Position numbers and translations under genes: made by a program
Source: Pseudogymnoascus verrucosus
Lineage: Eukaryota
Direction: 5' to 3' (one strand)
Assembly (NCBI GenBank): GCA_001662655.1
Contig: KV460236.1
Length of the DNA: 64,000 nt
The notes under the pieces: generated by a model
The model's input: only the letters and a program-made list of their open reading frames with translations
The model's database searches: none
What the model was told of the DNA's origin: nothing
Part shown: piece after piece, positions 12,812-24,128 of the stretch
Position numbering within the stretch: the stretch's first letter is position 1
How the letters are laid out: the number at the start of each line of letters is the position of its first letter

Positions 12812-14827
12812 TTACACGCCCCCACCCTTCTCCTTCCACAGCCTTGCAGCTTCCATAAGCCCACCAAGCCTCTTCTTCCCCTCTTCCTCGTCCGGGAACA
12901 CATAATCCACATACTCCTCATAGGTATCATCGTCCATCTTCCTCCTCCTCTTCGTCTTCCTCGGCTGCTTCTTCGTCAGCTGCTCCTGGCTCGCCTCATC
13001 GCCATGAGTCATCTCAAAGCTTAGGTGTGCTGCCAACAGTGCCGCCCTCTCTTCCTTCAAATCCCTTTCTTTCATGCTCTTGTGTGCACGCTCGAATACC
13101 TTCCTCGCTCTGTCCTTCGCAGCGTCACTAATCGGCCTCTCTTCTTCTTCTCCTTCCTCTTCCTCGTCGGGAATGTTGATCTCAAAGTGCGCATACGAGA
13201 TCCAGACCTTCACGTGTCCTGTCTTCTCTAATAACCTTTCATACAGACTCCTTGTGCGCTCGTACTCTCCCTCTTCCTCCTCAAAGTCGATATAGCTCTT
13301 CCATACTAGTTCTGGCATATCAAGCATTTGTTGGTCAACAGCCAGCTCATACACGGCTCGTGCCCTCTCCAGATCATCCAGTCCGCGCTCCAGCTCTGCG
13401 AACCTAATCCAAGCTGATGAGTTCGCAGGGTTGAACATGAGCGCCTTCTCATACAGCGTCCTGCATCGCGCAAACTCGAACAACTTGAGTTCTAGAGCGA
13501 CATATCCAGTGAACAGCTTATCTTTCGGGCACATCCCAATCGCCTGCCCCAGCATCTTCCTCGCCTTCCCCAAATCCTTTTGGCGGACCTCAAACATCGC
13601 CGCAAGGAGCCAGATCTTGGCGAATGTGAACTTCTTATGTGGAACCAGGCGCATGCATTCGGCGTACACCTGGCGCGCCCTAGATACATCACCAGCTTCC
13701 ATCTCTTCCCAGATGGCGTAGAAGATCCACAGATAAATGTACCGCCTCCAATGCCTCTTTTCCTGACTCGGAGGTAGTTGTGCAATGGCCCGTTCATATA
13801 CGTCGCGCACCCTGTCCAGATCACCTGATGTCTCTTCCAAGCGCGCGTAATCGATCCAGGTATCATAGTTCTTCGAGTTCTCCTTGAGTTGTTCTTCGTA
13901 CTGCACCCGGCGTTTCGATAATATGACGTCCTCCACACCCTCGCGATCACCGAACTGCTTCTCGAAAGTCGTATATGACTTGTGTAAAGCTAAGGATTTC
14001 GATCTTGGGAGGCGATCTAAGGAGTATTTGTAGATGGCGCGGGCGCGCTCGTATTCCTTGAGTTTGGCTTCGTAACGTGCGTATGCGATGAAGAGTCGCT
14101 CGTCCATAAAGTCTTCTCCCAGAGCTTCAACGGCCATACCGAAAACCTCGCGCACCAGATCACTCGTTCCGTACTCCTCCTCAAAGCGTGTCCACTTAAT
14201 CCAGTTTCTTGGCTCCGGGTGTACTGTGGTGAAGCGCGCAAAGATATCTCGGGCTCGCTGGTATTCCCCATAGCGCTTCTCAAGCTTAATGTAACTGCTC
14301 CACGCCGCCTCATCTGGCTCCCAGCTCATCCAGCGCTCAAACACCTGTCTTGTTCCGGGGATATTTCCTAGCATCTCCTCCATATAGGCATATTTGTACC
14401 AGAGCTTATCCACGCGGGGTAGAATCGTGACCGCTCTGTCCAGCAAATTCCTCGCATGGTTGATATTCCTCGTCTTCATCTCCGCCTCGATATATCGTAT
14501 CCACAGCGTAACACTCGTCGAGTCCACATCCAGCGCTCTCTCGAAGATACTCCTCGCGCGCTTGAACTCTTTTTGCTCCAGTTCCCATTGCGCATAGCGC
14601 ATCCAATTGTTCATATTAATGCGGTTTCGTTGCACATAGTCCTCAAACTCCTTCCTCTTCCGGCCCTGGAACTCATGAAGCTCCTCTAAATCGGCGAAGC
14701 GCTGCGTAGGCGCTTGAAGGCCAGGCTCTTGTCGGTCGACGGCCTCGCGCAGAAGCTGTTCGGCGGAGATTTGCTGCGGCGCGGGGGCCTTGTTTTTGAC
14801 CCGGGGCGGGCCACGGGAGGACTCCAT
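12812..14827 (-). CDS. CLF1: Pre-mRNA splicing factor Clf1 (crooked neck, HAT repeats)
   Basis: Single 671-aa ORF beginning [20 protein letters not shown], with many HAT repeats (W..Y..E....ARSIFERAL). Confidence 0.97.
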   Translation of the reverse strand: MESSRGPPRVKNKAPAPQQISAEQLLREAVDRQEPGLQAPTQRFADLEELHEFQGRKRKEFEDYVQRNRINMNNWMRYAQWELEQKEFKRARSIFERALDVDSTSVTLWIRYIEAEMKTRNINHARNLLDRAVTILPRVDKLWYKYAYMEEMLGNIPGTRQVFERWMSWEPDEAAWSSYIKLEKRYGEYQRARDIFARFTTVHPEPRNWIKWTRFEEEYGTSDLVREVFGMAVEALGEDFMDERLFIAYARYEAKLKEYERARAIYKYSLDRLPRSKSLALHKSYTTFEKQFGDREGVEDVILSKRRVQYEEQLKENSKNYDTWIDYARLEETSGDLDRVRDVYERAIAQLPPSQEKRHWRRYIYLWIFYAIWEEMEAGDVSRARQVYAECMRLVPHKKFTFAKIWLLAAMFEVRQKDLGKARKMLGQAIGMCPKDKLFTGYVALELKLFEFARCRTLYEKALMFNPANSSAWIRFAELERGLDDLERARAVYELAVDQQMLDMPELVWKSYIDFEEEEGEYERTRSLYERLLEKTGHVKVWISYAHFEINIPDEEEEGEEEERPISDAAKDRARKVFERAHKSMKERDLKEERAALLAAHLSFEMTHGDEASQEQLTKKQPRKTKRRRKMDDDTYEEYVDYVFPDEEEGKKRLGGLMEAARLWKEKGGGV

Positions 14828-15247
14828 GATGGCGGTGGAGAAGGAGAGCGTGGAGGAGTGAGGTTGTTGGGTTGTGGACTTGGATTGGTTTTGTTAGATA
14901 TTTGATATACTTTTGGGTCGCGAGGTAGACACGCCAAGAAAGCACACTTTAAACTAGCGGCCGCTTAATGTTTGATAGCATAGCCAACAAGCGCCTTATA
15001 ATATAGGCAGAACTTATTCTGAGAGTTTTATAAAGTACTGCATTTACTCTTGAAGGTGAGCCAACTCGGTCACCATAGGCGGTAATTATCATAAGTTTTT
15101 GGGGAAGCCTGTTGTGATTCCAAATGGCTTCTTTGCCAATTCTCCGCCAAGCGCCGTCAGCTTCAACACTCTAAAGGACAAGCATTAATGTCAGTCTCAT
15201 TCTGTGCATGGTATTGATCAGCTTAACCGAGCCAATACCACCTCAAT

Positions 15248-15333
15248 GGACGATTAGTGTAGTGGTTATCACGTTTCCTTTACAAAGTCATCAGACGCGG
15301 AAAAGGTCGCAGGTTCGATCCCTGCATCGTTCA
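15248..15333 (+). tRNA. tRNA-Val(UAC) with a 13-nt intron (15285-15297)
   Basis: Acceptor stem GGACGAT/ATCGTTC plus discriminator A; D-loop AGTGGTTA; anticodon stem TTTCC/GGAAA with TAC at 15281-15283; T-arm GCAGG-TTCGATC-CCTGC; downstream T-runs. Confidence 0.93.
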
Positions 15334-15338
15334 TAACA

Positions 15339-15353
15339 TTTTGCTTCCTTTTT
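15339..15353 (+). terminator. Pol III oligo-T terminator of tRNA-Val
   Basis: TTTT and TTTTT runs 6-20 nt after the tRNA 3' end. Confidence 0.6.
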
Positions 15354-15625
15354 GTTCGGGTTTGTTTTATTTTTGCTTCCCTTTTGCTTCTTGCGACTGT
15401 TCTCAGGTGGTCGCGGTAGCTATCCCGTAATTTTTACGTTACTTCGTGGTTATTTGGGTAACGGTGGTCGTGACCATCCGGTCCACCTCTTATCCGTCCT
15501 TGCTTCCTTGGACCTTGGACTTGGACCTTCACATACCGCATTGGCCGCGAAGCAGCAGGTGGCAATGCAATCGCTGAGGAAGCGCCAACCAGTATACAGA
15601 GAGGTAAACAGATGAATCGCCAGCA

Positions 15626-17555
15626 ATGATGGAGGCCGAGGCAGTTCTTCACCAGCAAATTCCCTCGGGGTATCGCAATCTGCAACCTCAGGTGTCTCAT
15701 GGTCTCCAGCACGGCCAGCCTCACATGTCTCACCAAAGTCTAGGGCCACAGAATGGGCTTGATCTGAGCGGCCTTGATGATAACGACGCAGTGTTTCAAC
15801 AAGACTTGCAGAGTTTGCAGAGTGCCTCGCATACCCAGGTCTTTCATTCGCCAAACACGTTTGATGGTAATCATGGACATCGACATATGCACCACCAGCC
15901 TTCTGGGAGCCCGCATACCCCTCAGCAACACCAACCTCACCACCCCTTCCTAACACCGACCCATCTGCAACACAATGCAATTGCGAAATTGCAGGAAGAT
16001 GAAGATATCTTTGGGTCTCCCGGCGTCTCGGACCAGAAGAGCAATGGCCATTTAAGCACCCGGGTCGTTGCGGACCCTCCGAACATTGCTGAATGGCGCA
16101 AGAAGCTATTCGATGTGGACGAAATGATAACCTTGAGTCAAGACCAGTAGGTAATACGAACTCTCATGCGATTACAATTATTAACAGCAGCAGGTTCGAA
16201 ACATACTTTGCGCATGTCGACAACGTCTACTCTCATCGCTCGACACAACGATATAAACGCAAGCCATTCGTCTCTCACTATTGGGATTGCCGGTTGAAAG
16301 GACGCCCGCCGGGCACACCCAAGTCCGAAGATCCGAATAAGAAGAAGCGCAAGCGTGTGGCACGCGAGCGCGATCTATGCGATGTCAAGATCAAGATCAC
16401 AGAGTACTTTCCCGGAGCCATGTTGCGCCCGGACTTTGTCCCTGATGGAGGTCAGAGCATTGATGGAAATAATAATGGAGAATTCTACTCGCCCAACGCC
16501 ACTGCAGGGTTAGCCGTTCAAGACTCCCGGCGGCCTTATGGTAGTTCTGGTGAACAAGGCCACCCGGGAAGCACTGGCGAACGATTCTACACAATACAAC
16601 GGGTCAATGGTAATGGCGGGAACGGTAAAGGAGATGGAATTGCTGGGCCTCATAAACACACGCTAGAAGAAAGCGACAGGGTCAAGAAGAACAGCGTCCA
16701 ACGCTTTCTCATGAAAAGAGATAAAGAAGAAAAAAAATCCATGGTTAGTTACACTTGTCATGCTCTACATTTCCCCATGTCCTAGTCAGGCCCTCTAACA
16801 CGTATCAGAAATCAACCACCAGGAAGGCCAGCGGTGCAGCTCTCGTGACGACGCGCAGACACTCCAAGGACCAAGATCTCAAACTTTTTGGAACATGCAG
16901 CAGCCCCTACGTACAGCGAGTCTGGATCGCCCTAGAAGCCAAAGACATTCCATACCAATATATCGAAGTCGACCCCTTGAGGAAACCCGCCGCTCACCTT
17001 GAAATCAACCCCGCCGGCCCTGTTCCCACCCTCCGCCACGGCAACTGGGGATGCAGTGACTCCACTGTGCTCCTAGAGTATCTCGACGATCTCAGCCTCG
17101 GCATCCCCCTGATGCCAAGCGACCCATGTTTGCGAGCTACGGCGCGTCTCTGGGCAGATCACGTAAACCGCGCCGTGGTTCCGGCGTTCTACACGGTGCT
17201 ACAGTTCAGCCCAGCGGACAAGACGCTCGAGGCGGTATCGACGCTACAGGATGAGATCAACAAGATGGTTGAGGCAGCGGACGCCGAGGGTCCATTCTTC
17301 CTCGGCGCGACGCTCGGACACGTCGACGTCGTGTTCGCGCCGTGGATGCTAAGGTGTAGCCGCATGCTCAAGAAGTTCCGCGGGTGGCCAGATCCAGAGC
17401 CGGGGAGCCGCTGGGAGAGGTGGGTTGGTGCTGTGGAAGGGTGTGAGGCGGTTAGGGCGACGGTCTGTGGAGAGGATGTGTATGAGGATGCGTTTTCGCG
17501 TTGGACGCAGGGGAAGGGGACAGAGGTTGAGGATGGGGGGTATGGAGTTCCGTGA
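15626..17555 (+). CDS. Protein with His/Gln-rich N-terminus, central WRKY/GCM1/FAR1-like Zn finger and C-terminal glutathione S-transferase domain
   Basis: Three exons, introns ~16147-16193 and 16744-16808, join in frame. Central YWDCRL...DLCDVKIKI...HKHTLE (C..C..HxH). C-terminal GST: CSSPYVQRVWIALE.K.IPYQY, NP.G.VPTL, DSTVLLEYLD, GPFFLG....DV.FAPW. Confidence 0.82.
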
Positions 17556-18097
17556 GGGAGTTGTTGGGTTAGGAGTTTTGTATGTTGTGGCGCTCAGGAC
17601 GATCCGGACATGTGGAAACGATTTATGTGGCGTTTGTGGGATTGGAGTTTATCGAGCGGTTCTATGATGGGCTGAGTGAGTATGGTTGGGTTTACGATAC
17701 TGTTGGGTAATATTATTATACGGCAAAGGACTATATGAATGCAAATGTTTGGTCTATACGAGCTAAAGGTGTACAAGTGACCTGGATTTGTTCCACCTTT
17801 TTAGGGGCGTTTTCTCCGTGCCAATTCTAAATCCCTATATCGCCAATCCTTCCTCCTCCTTCACCAGTTCTACAGCAGTCTTAATTTGACTGGGTTACTC
17901 GGGCGCTGTAGTACATTCTCACAGGACATACTCGTGCGAGGTATTTTCGGACGAGAGTGTATCGAGGTAGTTGACAAATCGGGGTTGGTTAGATAGAGAA
18001 TTTGCATCAGGTTTCCAATAGAGGCGCTTCAACCTTCAAAATTATCGTAAGTCATTAAGAGTACCGCAGACTAGAAACTATCCGCGGCCATTACAAA

Positions 18098-19403
18098 TTA
18101 CCCACTCAAGCTCTCAATCTCCATCACTTCCCTCGCCATTTCAAGCTGCTCATCCGTCTTACAAATAAGCACCTTATGCTGTCCCTTCCCACTAACATCC
18201 CGCACCACGTCATCGCCTCCCCCTTTCCCATTCGCCTCTTCCCCAATTGCAAACCCCAAACAAGCGCATTGCTCAACAACTCTCCTCCTCAGCTCAGCAC
18301 CCTTCTCGCCAATCCCGCCAGCAAAGACCAGAGCATCTACCTCGCCATGGAGGCTAACGTAGTACGCGCCTATAAAGCCACAGATCCGGTCAACAAACAA
18401 ATCAAACGCCAGCTTCTTCGCAGGGTCCTTGTCATACCCCGCGCTGATGGCACCGAAGTCCGTCGTGCCTGTCAGCGCTTTCCAGCCGGACTGCTTGTTT
18501 AGTATGTCCTCAGCGCGCGAGACGTGGAGCTCTTTTGTTGAGGCGGGTGATAGCTTGCCTACATCTGAAGCATAGTGGAAGACGAGACTATAGCTATTAG
18601 GCGCTGTAAAATCTTCATTGACAAAGCACTTACCTAGGATCTACGCTCCCGCTTCGCGTCGCCCCTGGAAGCCCCGCCAGAGGCGTGAGTCCCATACTCG
18701 TATCCCAGCTCTTACCCCCCTTAACCGCACACGCACTCGCTCCAGATCCAAGGTGCAGTGCGATCAAGCTAGTCTCCTCTGGCTTCTTGCCCAAGAATCC
18801 TGCCACGGCACGTGTGATAAATGAATATGACAACCCATGGAACCCATACTTCCGCAGCCCATTCTTGCGCGCCACTTCTTGATTGATCGGATACGTGCGG
18901 ACATGCTCCGGTAAGCCCCGATGGAACTGTGTGTCAAAGCAGGCAATGTTGCGCGTGCCTGGCAGCTCGTCAAGACAGCTACGCACTATTGATAGGGCCG
19001 GCGCATTGTGAAGTGGTGCCAGGCTACTCAGTTCTTCCAGAGTCTGGAGTGTCTCCTTCGTGATCGGCTGCTGCTTGGAGTAGTCTCCACCATGCACAAC
19101 CCGGTGGCAGACATGGGTTATATCCTCCTTGCGTGCTAGCTCGGTGAGTTTTGAGTCATTTACCAGCTCATCTAGGAGGATCGAGAACGCTGCGCCTTGG
19201 TCCTTGACGTCCTGTTGCTGCTCCTTTCCTTTGGACACTGTAGTGGAGCCGCGGGTATATGATAGCTTCGCTGGCGGGGCTGTCAGCCCATCGAGCTGAG
19301 CTTCTGCAATTTGGTGTGGTTCCGAGGAGGAGAGTGTATAGACGCTGACTTTGACGGAGGAGGAGCCCGCATTGACGGCGAGGATTAGCGGCTTGGTAGG
19401 CAT
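18098..19403 (-). CDS. Acetate kinase
   Basis: Motifs ILAVNAGSSSVK, HRVVHGG, LAPLHN, FDTQFH, RKYGFHGLSY, HLGSGAS, DTSMGLTPLAGL..ATRSGSVDP, LVFAGGIGE and TDEQLEMA. Intron 18633-18588. Confidence 0.96.
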
Positions 19404-19515
19404 GGCGTTTCAACACGTCAAAGATGCAAAAGTTAGGCTTCAATTGGGTAGTGGAGATACTGAATATTGGATCAGATCAGGAAAGGTGAGCCCAGCCTGG
19501 GTCGTTTGTTGATAG

Positions 19516-19551
19516 AGGGGGAGCATAATGACGTCAGGTATCATGACCCCT
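19516..19551. promoter_or_regulatory. Perfect CRE (TGACGTCA, 19529-19536) flanked by STRE-like AGGGG/CCCCT, in the acetate kinase/PRP31 divergent promoter
   Basis: Sequence match only; lies ~125 nt upstream of the acetate kinase ATG. Confidence 0.35.
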
Positions 19552-20064
19552 CCTCCTTGTCCCCGCTTGCACCCTCCCACCCCTTACGAGGCCCTTTCGA
19601 TCCCATACGAGTCCAATTGCTACCTTTTATTCCAAAATGAAACTATTGAAATCTAGAACTCCTCAGCCCCCTATGTACACAATAAGTACCACCCTGCCCC
19701 ATGGATGAAGGGTCACTAGGGGCGTAAACATTTCGTCAAAGGCGCCAAAAAGCTACCTCAGGGCGTAGCCTGACCCTCAGGACAGGGTTGATTAAGAAGA
19801 CACATTGCCATGGAATTTCTTTTAATATTTAACGCGTAGTTTTGGTGAAATGGTCCAATATTATCATAATCTGTTGCTTTATTGTCATCGTACTACTCTC
19901 ATTCTATCACAAGGCTGCTATTTAGAGCTCTCAGCCTTGTCCGAGGCGCGCTAAACCAAATCACACTAGCGCGAGGCGACGACAATTATTGTCACGCCCG
20001 TAGCCTTCCAAATATTCCAACGCAACACAGCAACCTCGTTCACTCTCAAGACTTATACGTCAAG

Positions 20065-21919
20065 ATGTCGACTCTTGCCGATGAACTTCTGAACGACTTT
20101 GAGGACTCGGGCTCAGAGGGGGAGGCCGAGACCGAGAATGGCGGCCTTTTCCCCGAGGCGGACGGGCATGCGCCGACAACCAACGGGAATGGCGAGACTA
20201 TGGAGCTTGATGGGGATGAGGAGGAGATGGAAGAGGATGAGGACATGACGGGCGCGGGCAATGCGATAGATGTGATGGATGATGAAGAGGCGACGAAGGC
20301 CAAGGTCGAGAAGATGCAGCTCGGAGGCGTAGATGATGTGCGCAGCGTCGCGGGTCTGATGAAGACTCTCGAGCCAGTATTAGAGGTCAGTACTCCCCTC
20401 CTTCCCAGCCACTTCTCTGAACAGAGGTTTACATCATCTATCTGTACTAGTCCTGACATCTTCCGCGCGCCTACAGAAGATATCATATTTCCAGAACCTA
20501 CCAGCAGACAAGCAAACAACACACGTCGGCTCGATTGAGGACAACCCCGAGTACCACCTCCTAACCCAATCGAACACGCTCTCAACATCCATCGACAACG
20601 AGATCATCCTCGTCCACAAGTTCATCCGAGACCACTACTCCACGCGCTTCCCCGAGCTGGAGACTATGGTCCAAAACCCGCTCGACTACGCCAAAGTCGT
20701 CGCCATAATCGGCAACGGCCCCATGAACAGCGAGAACATCAAGCGCCTCCAAACCTCCACCGACAACATCCTCGGCACCACCCTCCGCGCCGTTCTCGAC
20801 GGCCCCTCCCTCATGATTGTCACCGTCGAAGCAACCACCACCAAAGGCCGCGCCCTCACCCCCCCGGAACTCTCCCGCGTCCTCCGCGCCTGCGAAATGA
20901 CCCTCTCCCTCGACCGCGCCAAGCGCACTTTAACCGACTACGTGCAATCGCGGATGACTCTCTTCGCCCCCAACCTCACCGCCCTAATCGGCTCTCTCAC
21001 CGCAGCGCAACTCCTCAACTTCGCCGGCGGCCTGACTGGTCTCGCCAAAACACCAGCCTGCAACCTCGCATCCCTCGGCTCTAAGAAGACTGCCGGGACT
21101 GGCTTCGCCACAAACGTCGGAGCCCGCCAACAAGGATTCCTCTACCACTCCCCGATCATCGCCGGTGTCCCCCCCGACCTCCGCCGCCAAGCCCAGCGCA
21201 TCGTCGCCGCGAAACTCGTCCTCGCCGCCCGCGTAGACAGGGTCCACTCCTCCCCCTCCGGCGCCACCGGCGAAGAGCTCAAAGCAGCCTGCCTCGAGCG
21301 ACTGGAGAAACTCACCATCCCCCCTCCCAACAAAGGTGCGCGCGCATTACCAGCGCCAGATGACAAGCCGTCCCGTAAGCGGGGAGGGAGGCGCGCGAGA
21401 AAGGCCAAGGAGGCTACTGCTATGACGGATCTGAGGAAGGCGCAGAATAGGATGGTGTTTGGGAAGGAGGAGGTTGAAGGGGGGGGTGATAAGCAGGGTG
21501 TTGAGGAGGGGAGGGTTAGGAGGTTACAGATTGATCCGCGCACGCGCGCGAAGCTGGGGAAGAAGAATCCGGGGTGGGGTGCTGCGACGCCCGCGCCTGG
21601 CAGCGGAACGGCGTCGAGTCTGCGCGGATTTGGTGGCGGGGTTGGGGCGATGGATCTTAGAGGGAAGGGACTTCGGGGTAGTGGAGTTGGTGCAGCGGGT
21701 ACGGCGAGTAGTGTTGTTTTTACGCCGGTTCAGGGGCTGGAGCTGGTGGATCCGAAGATTAGAGATGAGGTTGCCAGGAAGAGGAAGGCGGAGGAGGAGG
21801 GGTGGTTTAAGGGGGGGACGTTTACGCAGGTTGGTGGTGGGAATGGGGGGTTCAAGGTGCCGGATGCGAAGAGGGTGAAGAGTGGGATGGGACCGCCGGC
21901 GGCGCCTGGGGGTGGTTAA
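20065..21919 (+). CDS. PRP31: U4/U6.U5 tri-snRNP protein Prp31 (Nop domain)
   Basis: MSTLADELLNDF start; intron 20386-20476; IEDNPEY, RFPELE, APNLTALIG, LAKTPACN, KLVLAARVD, KRGGRRARK, GTASSVVFTPVQGLELVDP. Confidence 0.95.
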
Positions 21920-24128
21920 AGAGTTGGGAGATGAAGAGGAGGTGTATGTTTTGTGTATTATAGTTGGGGCGTTTTGGCATTTTCGGCGAATGGGTGGGAG
22001 GGATGTAGATGGATATCCGCGCGGATCTTGGGCCGCTGCGAGGCACGGCGATGGGGGGAGATATGGCGAGATGGGATTGTGGAGGGGAGAGAGGACTTGA
22101 AATGGGGAGTGCATCACAGAATCGGATGGGGAGGGTGGGAGTTGTACTCTACAAACTTAACAACACGAGTTACTCGTTCTCATTTCGAAGAATTTTACAC
22201 GTTTCACACACAAGTTCTCATGGGCCCCCTTTGAAATGGGGAACAAGTCAGGGAGCTTGATGGGAAAGTTGTGGGAGTTCTACTCTACAGATTTACATAA
22301 GTTAACTACTCCGCCATCCAAATAATTGCCGCATATTTCACAAGTTTTCAATTATCACACCTCATAGTCACAGTCAAATCACACACATCATAATCACAGC
22401 CCCAAAGTACTCAAAAAAGGTAATGGCAGGTAAAAAAAATCTAGAATTCATCATTCCCAACTTTTCCCTCCCCCCACCAATAGTATTGCCAGTTCAGCAT
22501 GCATACAAACATGCATGCATGCATTCGTGCAAACATACAAACAAGCGAGCAAGCCTGCGTACAAGCAAGCCTACGAACAAACGAACAAGCATGCATGCAT
22601 ACAAACATACACGCTGTTTCAAAGTCCCTTGCCCTGCCGATCCATCAATCGCTGGTTGCGCGCTCATCGCTGTGCGTGTAAAACAAACAAAATACAAGTC
22701 CCCATTCCCCTTTCCCCTTCAAACCGGAGGAAGAGAAGGCAAAAAAGTGATATAAAGATAAAATAAAAACAGACCAAAAGAAAACCACCCCCGACGGAGC
22801 GTGAGCTCAAACTCTTTTGTTTTGGGAAAGAACAAAGACGAGACAAGATTAAAAGATGAAGGAAGGAATTAGAGATTAAAAAAAAGCTATAATAGTAATA
22901 ATGCCTAAGAGCAATCCACAAAAAACACCACCGTAACCAAGGCCCGTTTTCAAACAGTGCCCTAGAATCCATCCCATTCCCATTCCCATACACCACCGCC
23001 CAGTTACAACAAAAAGCCATCCCATCCATCCATCCCCACCCAAAAAAAAAAGAAGAATACCAAGTACAAGAAGAAAAAGCCGCACACAAAAAAAGATAAT
23101 TTTTTGAAAGCATTAAAAAGACCTTAAAGCCACCCCAGTCCACACCATCCTCCCATAAAAGAGACAACGCTGCTTTTTTCGCCAATAAAACACCCTTTTC
23201 ATTTCCTCCCAAAAACAAAAAGTAGAGTTGGCATAAGAGCCGCCATCCCATCCCGTGTAAAAACGCCCAAACAAAAACAAAAAGCCGCCCTAGCCCAGCC
23301 CAGCCCAGCCCCCAGCGCCAAAATGCACCGTTTGTTCGTTTGTTCGTTTTGGTTTTGTTGTTACACCAGATATCCCATACCATCCAAAACACCAATCCCA
23401 TAAAAAAGACAGAAAAGGAGACCACCAAAAAGCAAAAGACCATCCATCCCATCCAAAACACCAAAAAAAACCCAAAAAAGCCACCAAGAACACCAAATCC
23501 AAAAAGAGTCAAAAATCCAATCCAATCCAATCCAAAGCAAAGCGCCATTTCAATCCAATCCCAAATCCATTTTTTTGTGTGCTGTGTGCCTTTCTTTTTC
23601 TTTTCTTTTTCTCAAAAAAATCGCATCGCTGGTTGGCTGCCTTGCGTCGTCAAAAGAACGCGCCGCCCGCCAACTGCCGCTGTGGCGTCCATCCATCGTC
23701 GGTTCGGTTGTCTTTGTCCGACAGAAAGTGCGGGGCGTGGGTGTGGGTGTGGCAACTCACGTCGCACAAGCCCATGTCGCACGAACACACCCGTCCGTCG
23801 GTTCGGTCGGGAGTATAAATCAACGACCGACCGACCGATCGACAGACCACCGAGGAGACGCCCAAAAAAACGTAAGTAATAAAAAAGTGTAAGTTGATGA
23901 TAATCCAGTCATTCGAAGCGTAAAAAAGAAGTTGATCAAGAAAGAGGTGATTAAAAAAACAACCACGCGGACAGGTATCCAGAGCGTCCACAAAAACGCA
24001 TCAAGCGAATCAGTCGACGGAAAAATCGGAAGAGCGTGAAGCGGGCAAGGGACGAAAAGTCGAGAACAAAGGGACCAGAAAAGCCAAAAGCGCAAGGCAC
24101 AGGGAACAGCAATAAGGTCACACAGACC

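Noticed and set aside
22135..22345. Diverged two-copy duplication starting GTGGGAGTT(G/C)TACTCTACA
   Set aside because: Only two poorly conserved copies in a terminator region, with no further structure.
22664..23548. 294-aa minus-strand ORF rich in F/W/G/L
   Set aside because: It is a by-product of the T/G-rich strand bias; no domain or gene-like codon pattern.
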